64,000 nt of DNA from Macrostomum hystrix (Eukaryota; Animalia; Platyhelminthes), in NCBI GenBank assembly GCA_950097015.1, contig CATNEN010000001.1, positions 21,266,001 through 21,330,000 of the forward strand. Direction: 5' to 3'. The position numbers and the translations under genes are program-made. The notes below the pieces were generated by a model. That model saw only the letters and a list, made by a program, of their open reading frames with translations. It ran no database searches and was not told where the DNA came from. Below are positions 49,389 through 62,410 of the stretch, piece by piece; positions within the stretch are counted from its first letter, which is position 1, and each line of letters opens with the position of its first letter.

Positions 49389-50486
49389 TGAGTGCTTGTT
49401 GGAATTTATAGCAATTTGTTTGCTTCCAGTTCACCACTACTCACTATTCTATTGCACTCCAGTTCACCACACTCAGAATCACTCGGGGGTCAGGGATCAC
49501 ACTTTTTGATTTACAGTAAATCGGGCATATTATGTTGAAGTTTCATTTCTCTTTTTTATTTCCGGTTGTTGCTACTGATAGTAGACATCTACAAGCGTGA
49601 TTATTACAACATGAACTTGATAATTATTTTTTTCAGACACTGGGTAGGAACACAGCGCCGTGTCCCCATACACAGAGCTATGGACATGGCGGCCATGCCG
49701 CGAGTCTACACAGCTAAAGACATGGCCGCCGTGGCTCTAGGCACAGAGTAGCATGGTAGCTAGGGACACAGTGGCCGTGTCCTTAGACAGAGTTAGAGGC
49801 ACAGCTGCCATGTCCTTAGTCATGGCGTAAATAAATAGGCAGACAGACAAACTGATACACACATTAGTTGATAGATAGATAAACAGAAAATATAGACAAA
49901 TATAGAGTTTGGGTATAGATAAGTAGAACATAACAACTGTTTTAGAGTGACTGCCTTAACTTAATATTTAGTAATTTTTTTCCTAATTTTCATCTTTAAT
50001 AATGTCACTTTTGATGTCACTATTAATGTCATTCTTAATATGGTTGTAATATGTATTATTGTAATTGTGGTTGTAATTGTAACTATCATTAATTTAAAGA
50101 AGCGCTTTTGCTATTCATTCATTGCCCAGAAAGGCATTTTTCTATTGCTTTGATGACTGCCAATGATGACCACATGGTTTGGCTTGATCTTAACTCATCA
50201 CTCAAATTTGTTGCTGTTAATTAATCATTCAATCCTCCTACCTACTTTGTGAATATTTGCCGCATGTTAAGAGATGGAGTGCAGCTAGATTGACGATTGA
50301 TTTTGCGTTGGAAAATTCATTGCACACAACATAATTTTGCTATTGCACACAATGTTGCTATTATATGATGTTTTTTCTAATATTTTACTACTGAAATTAT
50401 TCTTTATTCTAGTTATCATTTATCATGCGGAATCATTTTTACAAAAATATACTTGGTATGCAATACTTAGTGTTGTGTATGCGTAG

Positions 50487-51740
50487 GTTGGTCTGGTTTC
50501 GGAATTCACCACTGTTTACATTGACAATCGGCTTTTGCTCGCTGTAGACGGCTTGAAAGCCACCCGTCCGTCTGACATGAGTCTCGTGCAAGCGGCCCCG
50601 GGCTGCGGCAAGACTCAGTACGTCCTGGATAATCACCACGATGGTTCTTTTGTCGTCCTTTGCTCCACGAAGGAGGGGCAGCAAGACATGCTGCGTAGGG
50701 CGAAAGTAGACCCGCGGTCTTCTGACGCTAATCGGTACAGGACTGTCTACAGCTACATTCTTAATCCGAAACCTGCTTGTGACGATCTCTGGGTCGACGA
50801 GGCCCTGATGCAGCATCCCGGCGTGATATTCGCGTGCGAAGTGCTCATTCGCGCGCGAAGGACCCGGCTGCTCGGGGATCGTCTCCAAATACCTTTCGTC
50901 AATCGTGTCACCCGTCATACTCTCCGCTACGCGTCCATTGCTGACCTTGTACCCGTTTCGGAGACGTTGTCCGTTTCTTACCGATGCCCGGTTGACGTCG
51001 CTGCGCGCCTCTCGCCCGTCTACGAGAAAGCGACGGGCGTTGCCATGACCTCTGCTAACCACGAACGAGATACCGTTACCGTGGAGAAAGTGTCGTCTGT
51101 AACAGCTGTCAGCAAGGTGCACGACCAGTATCTGTGTTTCACGCAGCATGAGAAAGCACTTGTCTCTGCTCACGTTGGTGCAGAGAAGGTCTCCACAATT
51201 CATGAGTTCCAAGGCAAGCAGGCCAAAGACGTCGCCGTAGTTCGGCTTAATACCATTAAGGGCAATCGCATTTATCAGGCACAAGAGTACGTCATTGTCG
51301 CTCTCACCAGACACACTAAGCGGCTGACGTACTACACCGCTACCACTGAGGATCTGTTGTCAGAGTTCATCACCAACTCGCCTAGTGTTTCCGATCTTAA
51401 CGCTGCACACACCTTAAAGGGCGGTAAGCGCCTCGTTGTTGACACCGTTCGTGTCCCGCGCGATTCCGTGCCAAATTTCTCTCTGCAGCTCACTAAAGCG
51501 GTCGAGAAACCTTTTCTTGACGTCACTCATTTGCGCAGTCGCGGGCAGCTCGCCGACGTCCCTCCCCTTCACTCCGAAGACAGTCGTTATCGGTGAGGGG
51601 TGCAGGGACGTTAAAGGCGTTACGCGTGCGGTGCGCAGTGTTTTCCCGAGCGCCAAACTCTATCTCAAAGCTGACTACGGACCGATCGTTCCCCTTGAGG
51701 TCGACGCTGTCCTTGCCAACGCAGGTCTTTTGTCCTTTCA
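50487..51740 (+). other. Endogenous viral element: SF1 RNA helicase of a Martellivirales (virga/negev-like) virus plus downstream linker
   Basis: AAPGCGKT, WVDEA, GDRLQIP, SYRCP, TIHEFQG and VALTRH motifs. Probable frameshift near 51560. Confidence 0.93.
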
Positions 51741-52386
51741 GGGTTATCAAATGGTTACGACGTCCTCATCAAAGACGTTGGTGCTAATGTCATGCGGCAT
51801 GTCCACGACGGTCCAAGGTTTATTCACTCCTGCATGCCTGTCCTGAGCGCGCAAGATTGTCTTCGTGACGCCCGTCTTCGCGACAACATACAGAAGGCCC
51901 AGAGCATCAACACGCCAGCCCAGAGGGCTTGTTTTGATTTGCTGTGCGACAACAGTCCGGAGATTATATGTCGCACCAAGGCTCAGCTTTGCCAGATCAA
52001 GGCGCCGCGTTTGCTCGGTCTACATTCGTCGTATGACATGTCACTGGAGGACATCTGTGACGCTATTCATTCTGCCAGAGCCACTGTTTATCACGGCTGC
52101 ACTCTCTTCGCGCCTGAGATTTTGCTGCGGTCTAAGGGTGTATTGCCACATCACCAGTGTTCGTACGAAAGGTTTAAGCGAAACGGGATCAAGTGCATTC
52201 GGTTTTCTTTTGACCATGATCCCCAGCTCAACTATGAACATAACTACTCTACCTATCGCGCTCTCTTTCAGAAGACAATCATCAAGCGCGAAGACCGCGT
52301 CTACTGCTGTGAGTTCAAGCAGTTCCGCGGTGAAGTCCTTTTCTTTTCGATTTGTCTTATTCAAGCTGGTTTCATTCCTGACCAAG
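51741..52386 (+). other. Endogenous viral element: alphavirus-like methyltransferase/guanylyltransferase fragment
   Basis: GYDVLIKDVGAN..RH, HSCMP.L...D..R, LHSSYD and FSF..DP.LNYEH motifs. Confidence 0.9.
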
Positions 52387-52534
52387 GTATAGGAAGCATT
52401 TTATATAATTAAAAGACAGCAAAGCATTGTACCAGTTAAATAAGTCTCGCAAATCAATATATTTAATTGTTCATAATTTTTTCTGGAGTGATGTGACAAT
52501 GGGCATTTAATGCTGTACTGCAGTATATACAACA

Positions 52535-52671
52535 ATATACGGACCCCTGTCGGAACCTTTTTTCGGACCCTCAATTACATTTGGACCTTTAGGGTCCATA
52601 TATCGAGACACTGCGGACCCTAACATTCGGACCCCTGTCTGACCTTTTTGGGACCCCTGGAGTTTACAGTG
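52535..52671. mobile_element. Right terminus of a CACTA/EnSpm-like DNA transposon
   Basis: Multiple CGGACCC/GGACC subterminal repeats ending in TTTACAGTG (reverse complement CACTGTAAA). Confidence 0.55.
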
Positions 52672-52681
52672 TAGGCCTAGT

Positions 52682-52822
52682 ACTAGTGTTCCATCGCCGC
52701 GAGTTTTGAGTACCGTAACCGTAACCGTAGCCGTAAGAAAGAAGCAACTTCCGTAGCCGAATTTTGCCATCATTACAGGCTAAAAAAGTCCGTATTTGCC
52801 GTAACCGTAGCCGTAGCCATAA
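52682..52822. repeat. End of a MITE-like element with (CCGTAA/CCGTAG)n subterminal repeats
   Basis: TAGTGTT start and repeated CCGTAACCGTAGCCGTA. Confidence 0.4.
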
Positions 52823-53054
52823 TGTATAACAAAAATTGATATTTTTGCATGAAAAGTGGGGCAGACAGAAAAGGACAGATAGAAGGGATAAAAGGATAGC
52901 AATAAAACCTACTTGTTGTTAGTTCATGCATTAATATTCAAAAATTTTTCGTAAATATAACATCTTTATCTAAGTATTGTATAGCATTGTTGTATGCAAT
53001 TGTGTGCTTGGTGCCTTTTTCAGTTTTCTGCTTCGTGATTCAGTTTTCTTTCGC

Positions 53055-55010
53055 TATGAAATGGTTGGGTCTTTTACAAGCCGAGGACCGCCCTCATGAA
53101 AAGATAGGAGTGTGGAAAAACGACGATAGAGTCGGAGGTCGATCACGCTGCTGCCGCGAGTTGTCGCAGAGAGGGATGAGACGAAGGGAGGGATGAAGAG
53201 AGAGATGAAGGGAGAGATGAGGCGGTACAAAGGATGCAAGGAGTGGTCCTGTTGGCCTCAGGCTGGCCAGTCCCACTCGCCCCATAGGCCACAGGCATGA
53301 CTGCCGTGCCTACCCCTAGCAATGCTCGAACCCGGCTAAAAGTCTAAAGTGAGGCATCGGACTATCCGTAGACAGATAGGACAAGGCTAGAGAGCCTACT
53401 GTCGTCAGTAGCATGTAAATAACCGACTCCTAACCTTGGTAGCGGTGGTCGAAACGGCCCAGGCTCTTGTCACAGAAATGCGGAAAGGCTATTGGCAAAG
53501 CGGAAAAAGATCTCGGGTAGCGCCACCACCCAATGCGCCTACGTTGCCACCGCAGACATTTGGGAACTTGGGTCCCCGGAGTGCACAGCTCCCAGTTCAT
53601 CACACATATCTAGACAAGCCGAAAAATAGGGCATTCTGCAACTTCCGTTTTAGACTGGGGTGAGAGCCCCAGAATGGATCGAGACACGCCTCAACAGGGG
53701 ATTCCTGAATTCGCGCTACAGGGGTCTAGAAAGGTGGTACTAAGAACTCGAATAAAAAAATCCATAGCCGGAATCCTGCTCATGAGACATCAGACACATT
53801 CCTTACATTAGACTGCAGCCTACACATGAAGTAACTAACAAATCCGAATCTGTGTGAGATGAGGAAATCAGAGGCTGGAGAGATTAAGCAGAACACTGGC
53901 TGAGTGATTATGCAAGCGATAGACTATATGATCATCGCCCTCGCTTCCGTGGCGGCAGTTGCGAAAGGCGGGGAACAGAGGGGAAACTCGATTGGCAGGG
54001 GAGTTTGACACGTACTCCTTGATCCGCCAGGAAGAGAGGAAAAACCCGCCAAGGAATTCCCCACCCCCAGCAGAGAAACACATGCTACACTCCGCATTTT
54101 GCTCACAAATCCCTAGCCCCTTATTACTCTTATGCGCGCTTACAGTTGTCTTCCTGCCGCAGCTTTCAGCTCGGCATCACCAGAGCCCACCCCCTAATGA
54201 GTTAGCCACTCATGATCGAGGGCTGTCTAACAGTGAAATAAAAGCGAAGGAGAGACATAGTAAAAGGAATTAAGTTGTTGTAAAATTAAGCCCAATAGGT
54301 TAAAAGTGCTTTAGATTAGAAAGTTTATTAGGCTAAACAAATCCCTAGTTTCCCTCCCACTAATTGCCGCCTAACCTAAAGTGTTAGTCCCTTAGGAGTA
54401 ATAATTATGCAACCGCTGCGCGGGTTACTTACCCACATTAAATAACCCACATTCGCGCCAGCCTGTCATCGAGGAATTGAAGCGGCGATTGCCGCCCCGA
54501 TTACCCAATGAACCAGCGGCGAGAAACGACAGATGCTCCTTCATGAGCAGCCGCCGACAGTCGGCCAATAATTGTTACTCCGCCAGGACAATGGGAAGCG
54601 CAGACGCCGACCTGCCTACAGTGACATTTACATGTATCTAAGAGAGGAGGTCAATAAGTCGAGCTGGGCTCGCATACTGTAAAGAAGTGGGGACATGAAG
54701 AATTAATGATCACTCATAATGCCCGAGTGATTCCCAATATCTGATCGCGGTTTGGAGGGGAATTATGACCTAAACTACTCATACAATAAAGGCTATGGCC
54801 GCGATCAGTCATTCCTACAGGGGTCTAGACAGATCCAGGGAGAAGGGATTCGACGGCTACTTAATTCACCGCCGCCCAAAACCCGGCCCTAAGATTAATG
54901 ATCTTGTTTGTGACCAGCTGCTAGGTGGGTCGCGATTATTGATTGCTTAAAAATTTGAAAAATTCCGCTGGCTCACATTCCCACTCGATTCCCGCAGCAC
55001 ACTCCACATC
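53055..55010. repeat. Unclassified dispersed repeat, copy 2 (inverted relative to 8511-10838, lacking ~9085-9445)
   Basis: Reverse-complement alignment by eye. Confidence 0.85.
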
Positions 55011-57809
55011 AGCTACAATATTAATCTATGACTAATGTGCCAAGGTCAATGTGTATGTTTACTATCATTTAATAAATAAATATACGAATTAGTTCAAAGA
55101 AAACTGCTTCAAAGTTTCCGATGACTAAGAAATTGCATGTTTCATTTTTTCTTTTTCATTTTATTGCATTGTCTATTGTCTTCTTTGGTTTCAATCAATT
55201 TTCAATCATAATCATGAAAATATAATCATGAATCATAACTAAATAGTAAATAATACTAAACTACTGTGACGTTGTCACTTGTTGAAGGCACCCCTGCGCC
55301 CCTGCAATATTACTCTATGCGTTGATTATATGCTTAATTTCCAAATTATGTACTTGCGAGGGCCGTTTTAGCTCATCGTATCATATTATCCAATTCTGTT
55401 AATTTATATTAGTAAGTCAAATTATTAGTGCGCTACTGTCAGTAACCATAAACGTATATCGCGCCATTCTAGCTATTTACTACGCGTATCTTAATGTATT
55501 TTCCCCCCGGCCAATGAGCGTGCGAGCTCTGGCTGGCCGGAAGTATCGATCGCTTTGTTTTTCAATCAGCCTAGTTTACTTAACCAAGGGCTTCCGGCCC
55601 GCTCGCGCTCCACTGGTTCTTTCTTCCTCACTTTCGTTCTTGCGCTCTTCCGTTATCGCCATTCTCGCTCTTCTACGTTTCGTGCCGTGACTTTTCTCAC
55701 TCACTACACTCCACTACATTCGGTTCTGACACTCACCATTACGAGCTCCTACGCCTTACATAACGCCCTGCTTGTCGACGTCCCAGTGCATACAGAATAA
55801 AAGTGCTACCGCTACGTCACCAACATTACTGACTTTGAATTGCCGAACTTACAATTGCCGCTGATCAGACTTCGACTTCGTCCTTTGTGTTTTAATCGTC
55901 ACACTACAATCAATCATAATTCTAATTCATATCCATATCCTATCTATTAGTATTAGTATTGCTATTAGTATTGTTAGTATTCATTTGACATTTAGTATTT
56001 CGGACTTTTTCCTTATTCTTTATTCCTTATCGGCTTATCCTATCATTGCTATCCTATCACTATGCTATGCTATGCCATATGCCTAATGAGTTTTTTCGTT
56101 TTCATTTTTTGTTTTTTGTTTTCAAAAAGTTTTGTAGATATTTAGAAACTTAACAAATGTAAAAATAATAATAATTGTTGTAGTGCTTCTTATTCATTGC
56201 ACTTCTCTAGTAGTTCAAACTCTCCTCTTAATAATCCATAATGAAACTGCCTAACTAAACTTACTTATTTATTACTTTCGATCACCCACAGTGATCTATT
56301 ATTCCGCACCCTTTCTGGGTGGGCTGATACAAACTAATGATAGTTTGGGTAGCGTGGTTTTAATCACAATATCTCTGGCCTCCTGCCAGTAATATTCTAG
56401 ATCTTAGATCTAGTTAGATCTGGAGACAATGCTCTCAGGTGATTCAGACAAGTTTTTGTCAGATGATTCGGGCTCTCTGGCCAGTCTGTACTTGGGCTTT
56501 CCCCGGATCGGAATGTTTCGCAGTTTACACTTACTTTAGAAATAAGTAAGGCTTGAATTGCTCACGAGGAGAATTGAACTGTTTCTAATAATGGGCACAA
56601 AACGGTTAATTTCATAACTGAAACTGAGCGGTATTTATAGTAATTTTTCAAATATACTGGGTATATTCTGAATATATTTACGCCATTTAAACAAACGAAA
56701 TTAAGTCAAATATTACTAGTTAGGTCGAAGTGCAGTCCGGAAAAATTGCCAACGAGGAGCGAAGCGAGCGTAGCTCCTCGTTGGCAATTTTTTCGGACAA
56801 ACGAGACCGAGATAAGATGTCCCGGAGACTCCCCTAACGTAAAATCAACGTTTTAGAAAATAAAATTGATGCAGAATTAAAACCACTTGAGATGAAACCA
56901 TGTGTGACCCCTCTATGGACGTAAAACATTTAGGGCTACAAGATGTGTGACGTGAAAGTTCCATAGCAACGCGTCTTGGTTGCCATGGCAACAAAAAAGT
57001 GACTTTTTTAGACCCATCGAAATCTTGAATCTTAAAAAATAAGGATTCACAATATGGAGTCAAAAATTGATTGAACCCAACTTTTGGCGAATTTTTAGAC
57101 CTTCAAGACACTGATTGGTTATTTTCCGCTAAATGCTTACCTTGATAGGTAATTCTGTAAAAGTGTGTTTTTTAAGTGTCAAAAATGCACATTTTTTTTA
57201 ACTTTCAACTGACGCAGCTCAAAGGTCGCGCTGACGCGCGACCTTTGAGCTGCGTCATTCTAACGATGGCACCTGGGACTCTTACATGACGCACGACTTT
57301 AACCAAGATACTCACTTTAACTGTACATTCGCACCTGTTAATTACATTCGAATATTCGACGGGTAGGTATTCGAACCGAAATAAAGGAAATTCAACCTTG
57401 TTGCGAGGCTCTAAAAAGTACATGAATGCGGTCATTTAGGTAAGATCTACATGTTTATAATACATTTTGAGCCGTTTCGTTCCACTGACTCTGAGCCATA
57501 CACTGCTAAAGTCGATAAACGTGATTTAGGCTATTTTTATGCATTTTTCATGATACAAATGTACAAAAAATAAGAAACGACGACATGCTAGGAAAATCAG
57601 ACTTTTTAGGCAAGGTGCACAACTAAATTGTGCACAATATGTATATCTTGAAATTTCGTCTTAGTTTATTGAAGTCGCTGCCGGTACAGAAATGTACTTT
57701 AACGACGGTACGGGGGGCTTGCATATCGAACATACTTTTTAGCCTGTAACTTTTGAACGGATTACCGGAGCGCGACGCACTTGGTGTCATTGAACTACAT
57801 TTTAGATGT

Positions 57810-58870
57810 ACTTTAATTTGAATGTATGTTCGCTGTCATTGCACGATGCGTTGTACACCTCAGGACAGGTCACGTGACTTGCTGGAAATGAAATAATGAC
57901 TTTGTACCTATACTAAGGATAGGTGAAGCGTAAGAATGAGCCAAAATTTGTACTTATTAGAAACACCTAGATGACTACTGTCAGAAAAAATGATATTCAC
58001 GTCTGTCAGTTGCAAAATTTTGTTATAATTGACTTTTAAAATCGAAAAACGTGATTTTGTGCAAAAACAACCCATATGAGCACACATAGGGTGAAAAATT
58101 TATTGATTTTCGCTATGAGGTTCTTAGCTTCCAAGAGCACTATTGTGCCCAGTAAACACGTACAGATGACTGCTATCTTCGTTAGTGTGCGAAAATTCGT
58201 ATTTTTACGCTAATAACATTTACCGAATTACGAGGTTCCGGTGTTATGCGTTTTTTGCTATATTTCACGCTGCCATTTATTAACGATGCTACGCCAGGCC
58301 TTCAGTGTGGTGTCAATAGTTAGCATTTAAAAAGTGCTTTAATTTGAGTGTATGTTCGCTGGCATTGCACGATGCGTTGTACACCTCAGGCCAGGTCACG
58401 TGACTTGCTGGAAATGAAATAATGACTTTGTACCTATAGTAAGGATAGGTGAAGCATAAGAATGACCCATATTAGTACTTATTAGAAACATCTAGATGAC
58501 TACTCTAAGAAAAAGTGACATTCACGTCTGTCAGTTGCAAAAAAAATTTTTAATTGACTCTCAAAATCGAAAAACGTGATTTTGTGCAAAAACAACCCAT
58601 TTGAGCACTACATAGGGCGGAAAATATATTAATTTTCGCTATGAGGTTCTTAGCTTCCAAGAGCACTATTGTGCCCAGTAAACACGTACAGATGACTGCC
58701 ATCTTCGTTAGTGTGCGAAAATTCGTATTTTGACGCTATTAACATTTTACCGAATTACGAGGTTCCGGTACTATGCGTTTTTTTGCTATATTTCACGCTG
58801 CCATTTATTAACGATGCTACGCCAGGCCTTCAGTGTGGTGTCAATAAATAGCATTTAGCAAGTGCTTTAA
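57810..58870. repeat. About 530-bp tandem duplication inside a non-coding AT-rich element
   Basis: CTTTAATTTGA.TGTATGTTCGCTG.CATTGCACGATGCGTTGTACACCTCAGG at ~57811 and ~58337, with continued near-identity. Confidence 0.9.
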
Positions 58871-61716
58871 GATGACATCATGCGCATTGCGTTGCGTAAA
58901 AGTGTGGGTCCACAGTTTCGTAATAAGTTAAAAAGACCTGATTTCGCAAAAATCTTTAAAAGAAGAAAATACCAAATAGGTAACTAAAAAGCCTTTTGAA
59001 ACTGAATAAAAAATGCAAATAAAAGTGCTATTTTGTAACGTAAAAAGTCTTGCGTCCTGCAAAAAGCTTCTATGGTGACTTTTTGGAGCCGTGAAGTGAA
59101 AAAATGTGCGCATTTTTAAAACTCTTGAACTTACTTTTTGAGTGGATATTTTGAAAGTAAGCATTTTATAAATTGTATAACAAAATTTAATTGAAGAAAG
59201 AAATAAGTTGCTTAAAAAAACTGAATTAAAATAATTTTTAAATAATCAAATTGTACACTTCAGTCGTTCTGTTTTATATGGTTTCTAGAAGAAAATAAAA
59301 TTCAAATCGGCTATGTTAACAGTAGCATTCGAATTTTTTGTCGCACGGCAAATTTGACATAAAAATTTCAAAGCAACTTAACCAAGCAATCACTATCTAA
59401 ATCTGAATTTTTTCAGGCCTTTAATCTGTAGCTATTATATTCGCTTTTTACTCTATATATTAGTATCCTACTACCTTATAAATACTTGTTTTACAATATA
59501 TTGTATTCTACAAGTACAAGTTTTACTTGTAAATAATTCAATTGTTACATAGGCCTATTTTACATTGTAAGTGTACGCTTGTAGTTTTCTTTTAAATACT
59601 AACTGATGTATAGTATTTGAATAATATTTTATTATTCAAACATTCTTTACTTTTATACTGCGTAGATAATTAAGCAGAAGTGTTTATGTATTAAACGAGA
59701 TTCTTAGCAGTTTAATGCAATAATGCAGTTTTTAGATTGATAGTTGCTGAATTTTTACCAAACCAAAGCTCTTGAAATGCACCATTTGCATTTTTGCAAT
59801 TAATTGCCTTTTGGCGATTTATAGTGCAATTTGGGCTGCAATGGCTGCAGAATTATTATAAGCAAAGCACTTACAAAACAAACCATTTGACTGTTTGGCA
59901 ATTAACTGCCTTTAGGCAATAACTACTGTGAGATTAGTTAAATGCTCAATGCTTTTTGTTTTAGGCATGGCAGTACTTTTCTCTCAACATTGATTTGGAT
60001 ATTGATTGATTGATTTGATTTGTTTTGCATTTTTAAAGATACTATGTCTAATTATGGACTTAGCTAAATAATTACCTAATGTTGGGTAACTTGTATTGAA
60101 TGGCAAAGCATTTCACTGCAAAGGCATATCTTGTTGTTTCACGTACCTGTGGGTGTTAAAATATACATTTAAAATGCTTAATTTAGTGGAAAATCTCATT
60201 TTAATATAAAGACACAGTGAACAGAATCCGAGTGTAAAAAAGTTTTTAAAACCTAATTATGTTGTTAATTATAAGACTATTTTTACAGAAATTTTCAATT
60301 TATTAAGGTAGCATGTTTACTTTCAACTTTGTAAATTTATTACCATTGCTAGCTATTCTACTTAGCCCATTTGTAGAAGAACTAATAAACAAGATTTAGT
60401 TTTTTATCTAATTTTAAATATTTTTATTACTTGGTATTTTTCTACCAATAGCATAAATTGTATTGTTCAGATTTTCATCTTTAGAATTCCTAATCCAAAT
60501 ATATAGAATGTCCAAGATTTTCTATTATGAGTATTATTTATTGGACCTTAGTATATGATGTTAATTCATGTGGCTCACTTTGATTTTGATCGAACAACAG
60601 GTATCTACTTGAGTTAGAATTGAGTGATTTTAGAGACTTGTCAACATATATATTTGCTTCTTGGAGTCAATCGATACAAAGTACAACACAAAGTTATTGT
60701 CAAAATAACGAATATAAAATACGAAAATAAATCGACAAGGAAAAACGAGCACTATTTTTAATCCGCACAAGGCATGCTGTCCACAAAGAATGACTAATAT
60801 GAAATTTAAAAGTACACAAAAAACCTTAAAAAAATAAAGATTCGTCCAATTTACAACTGCAATAAGGCGGAAGGCCTTTTTGTTTACGAGTTGGAGTGGC
60901 AGCAAAGTTTGTGTGCTGCATTGCACGTATATTTATATACAACGCGAGAGCGAGATAGAGGGGTCTAGGGAGGTGCGAACTGGTGGTGTGACTTCATACC
61001 CTGGCTTAGCAAGCCGGCTGGCTGGGTGCACCAACCCCCACCTCAACTAGACTGAGGTTGAGGGGTTTTGGGTGCGGCTGCACTGGCGCTGGCTGGTCGC
61101 GTGTTGACTCTCCACCACAGCAAAGTATTATTCTTTTAGTTTCGACGACAAAAAGAAATTCTCGTAGTGGAAATTTCCAAGGCAAGGATGAAATGCAAAG
61201 ATACATTTCTACACATTGCCATCATTTCGAAGAAATAAGCATATTGGCAGGAGTAAGTCATGAAATAAAATCTTATTGTTGACACTTGGAAGCAATAACC
61301 AAAGAATAGGCACAAACTTTGTCACTTCTGAGATGCTAATTAACCCTGAACACAGATTGACATTCAAATAAAAACTGTTGATTTCGTTATTTAATAACAA
61401 TATTGGCAAATTAAAAGCTGAAAATTGAGCAAATGTTCTATCGATCAGGCACAAGGTTTGATTAAAATCAATTGATGCAGCCATATCAAATTGAACTAAG
61501 AAGACTAAAAAACTAAAAAGACAGGGGGAAGCTAAAAACATAAAATGAATCATAAAAACGACATTGGCCAGCACAAAGGACATAAGATCTAATTGATTTT
61601 AGCTGGGGAAGCGATACCAAGCAAGGGGCACCTTAATTTTTTGTAAAATGACACACAGTAGCAACCAACATTAATAGTGCGCTAGGTCCCACACAACTAG
61701 TTTCCAAGCAGTTCAA

Positions 61717-62337
61717 TTAGACCCTGACTGGCCAGCGGCCATGGCTAGACCGGTCCACAATGTGCCTATCGTTACTGATGGTGACACACAGGCCGCCAGT
61801 GTTGGCCTCGCCGAGGTGCACCAACTGACAGGGCAACTCCTTGTCGCTTTCCTCATCGACTCTGATAACAGACAGACAGACCCGCTGCTGCTTATAATCA
61901 GACTGATAATAGTTGGCATTCTCATCTTGGCTCCGAGAAGACTGAATAGTAGTGTGGCGCGGTTTATAGCGACTATGAAGCTTCTCCTGCTGCAGTGCGC
62001 GCTGGCCAAAGCTCTGCGATCGAAAAGCGCCACCACCTCGACTAGCGCCTTGGTTGGCGCCGCCTGTTCTCTGTCGCTGGATAAGCGAGCAGATGTGGCT
62101 TGTCTCCTCTGTTTCTCGACCAAATGCGACTAACTCGCCATTCACTAGGTGGATGTAGCCTACATTAGGCAAGCTGCGCATTAGTGAAGTCACATTGTCA
62201 TGTCCAGCCAGATCGAGGGCGTGCCTGGCCAGGGCCCTGTACTGGGCCTGCAGCTCGCATAGTCGGACACCATTCTTAGTGCTGAGAAGTACAGCCCGAA
62301 GCAGGCTGTCTTGAGCAGTGGGGCTGGGAGTCGGCAT
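61717..62337 (-). CDS. N-terminal extended LOTUS (OST-HTH) domain exon, TDRD5/TDRD7 (Tejas/Tapas)-like
   Basis: LRAVLLSTKNGVRLCELQAQYRAL...MRSLPNV...ETSHICSLIQRQR matches the TDRD5/7 LOTUS including the C-terminal extension helix. TTTTCAG acceptor just upstream of the Met. No Tudor exons seen. Confidence 0.82.
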   Translation of the reverse strand: MPTPSPTAQDSLLRAVLLSTKNGVRLCELQAQYRALARHALDLAGHDNVTSLMRSLPNVGYIHLVNGELVAFGRETEETSHICSLIQRQRTGGANQGASRGGGAFRSQSFGQRALQQEKLHSRYKPRHTTIQSSRSQDENANYYQSDYKQQRVCLSVIRVDEESDKELPCQLVHLGEANTGGLCVTISNDRHIVDRSSHGRWPVRV

Positions 62338-62410
62338 GAATAAACAGCTGAAAATCAATATATAAGGATTAGAGCAAAGAAGCTAGCTAAGGAAAATGCT
62401 GTATACTTTA

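Noticed and set aside
50439-51314. 291 aa ORF antisense to the viral helicase
   Set aside because: No motifs; most simply a by-product of codon usage on the sense strand.
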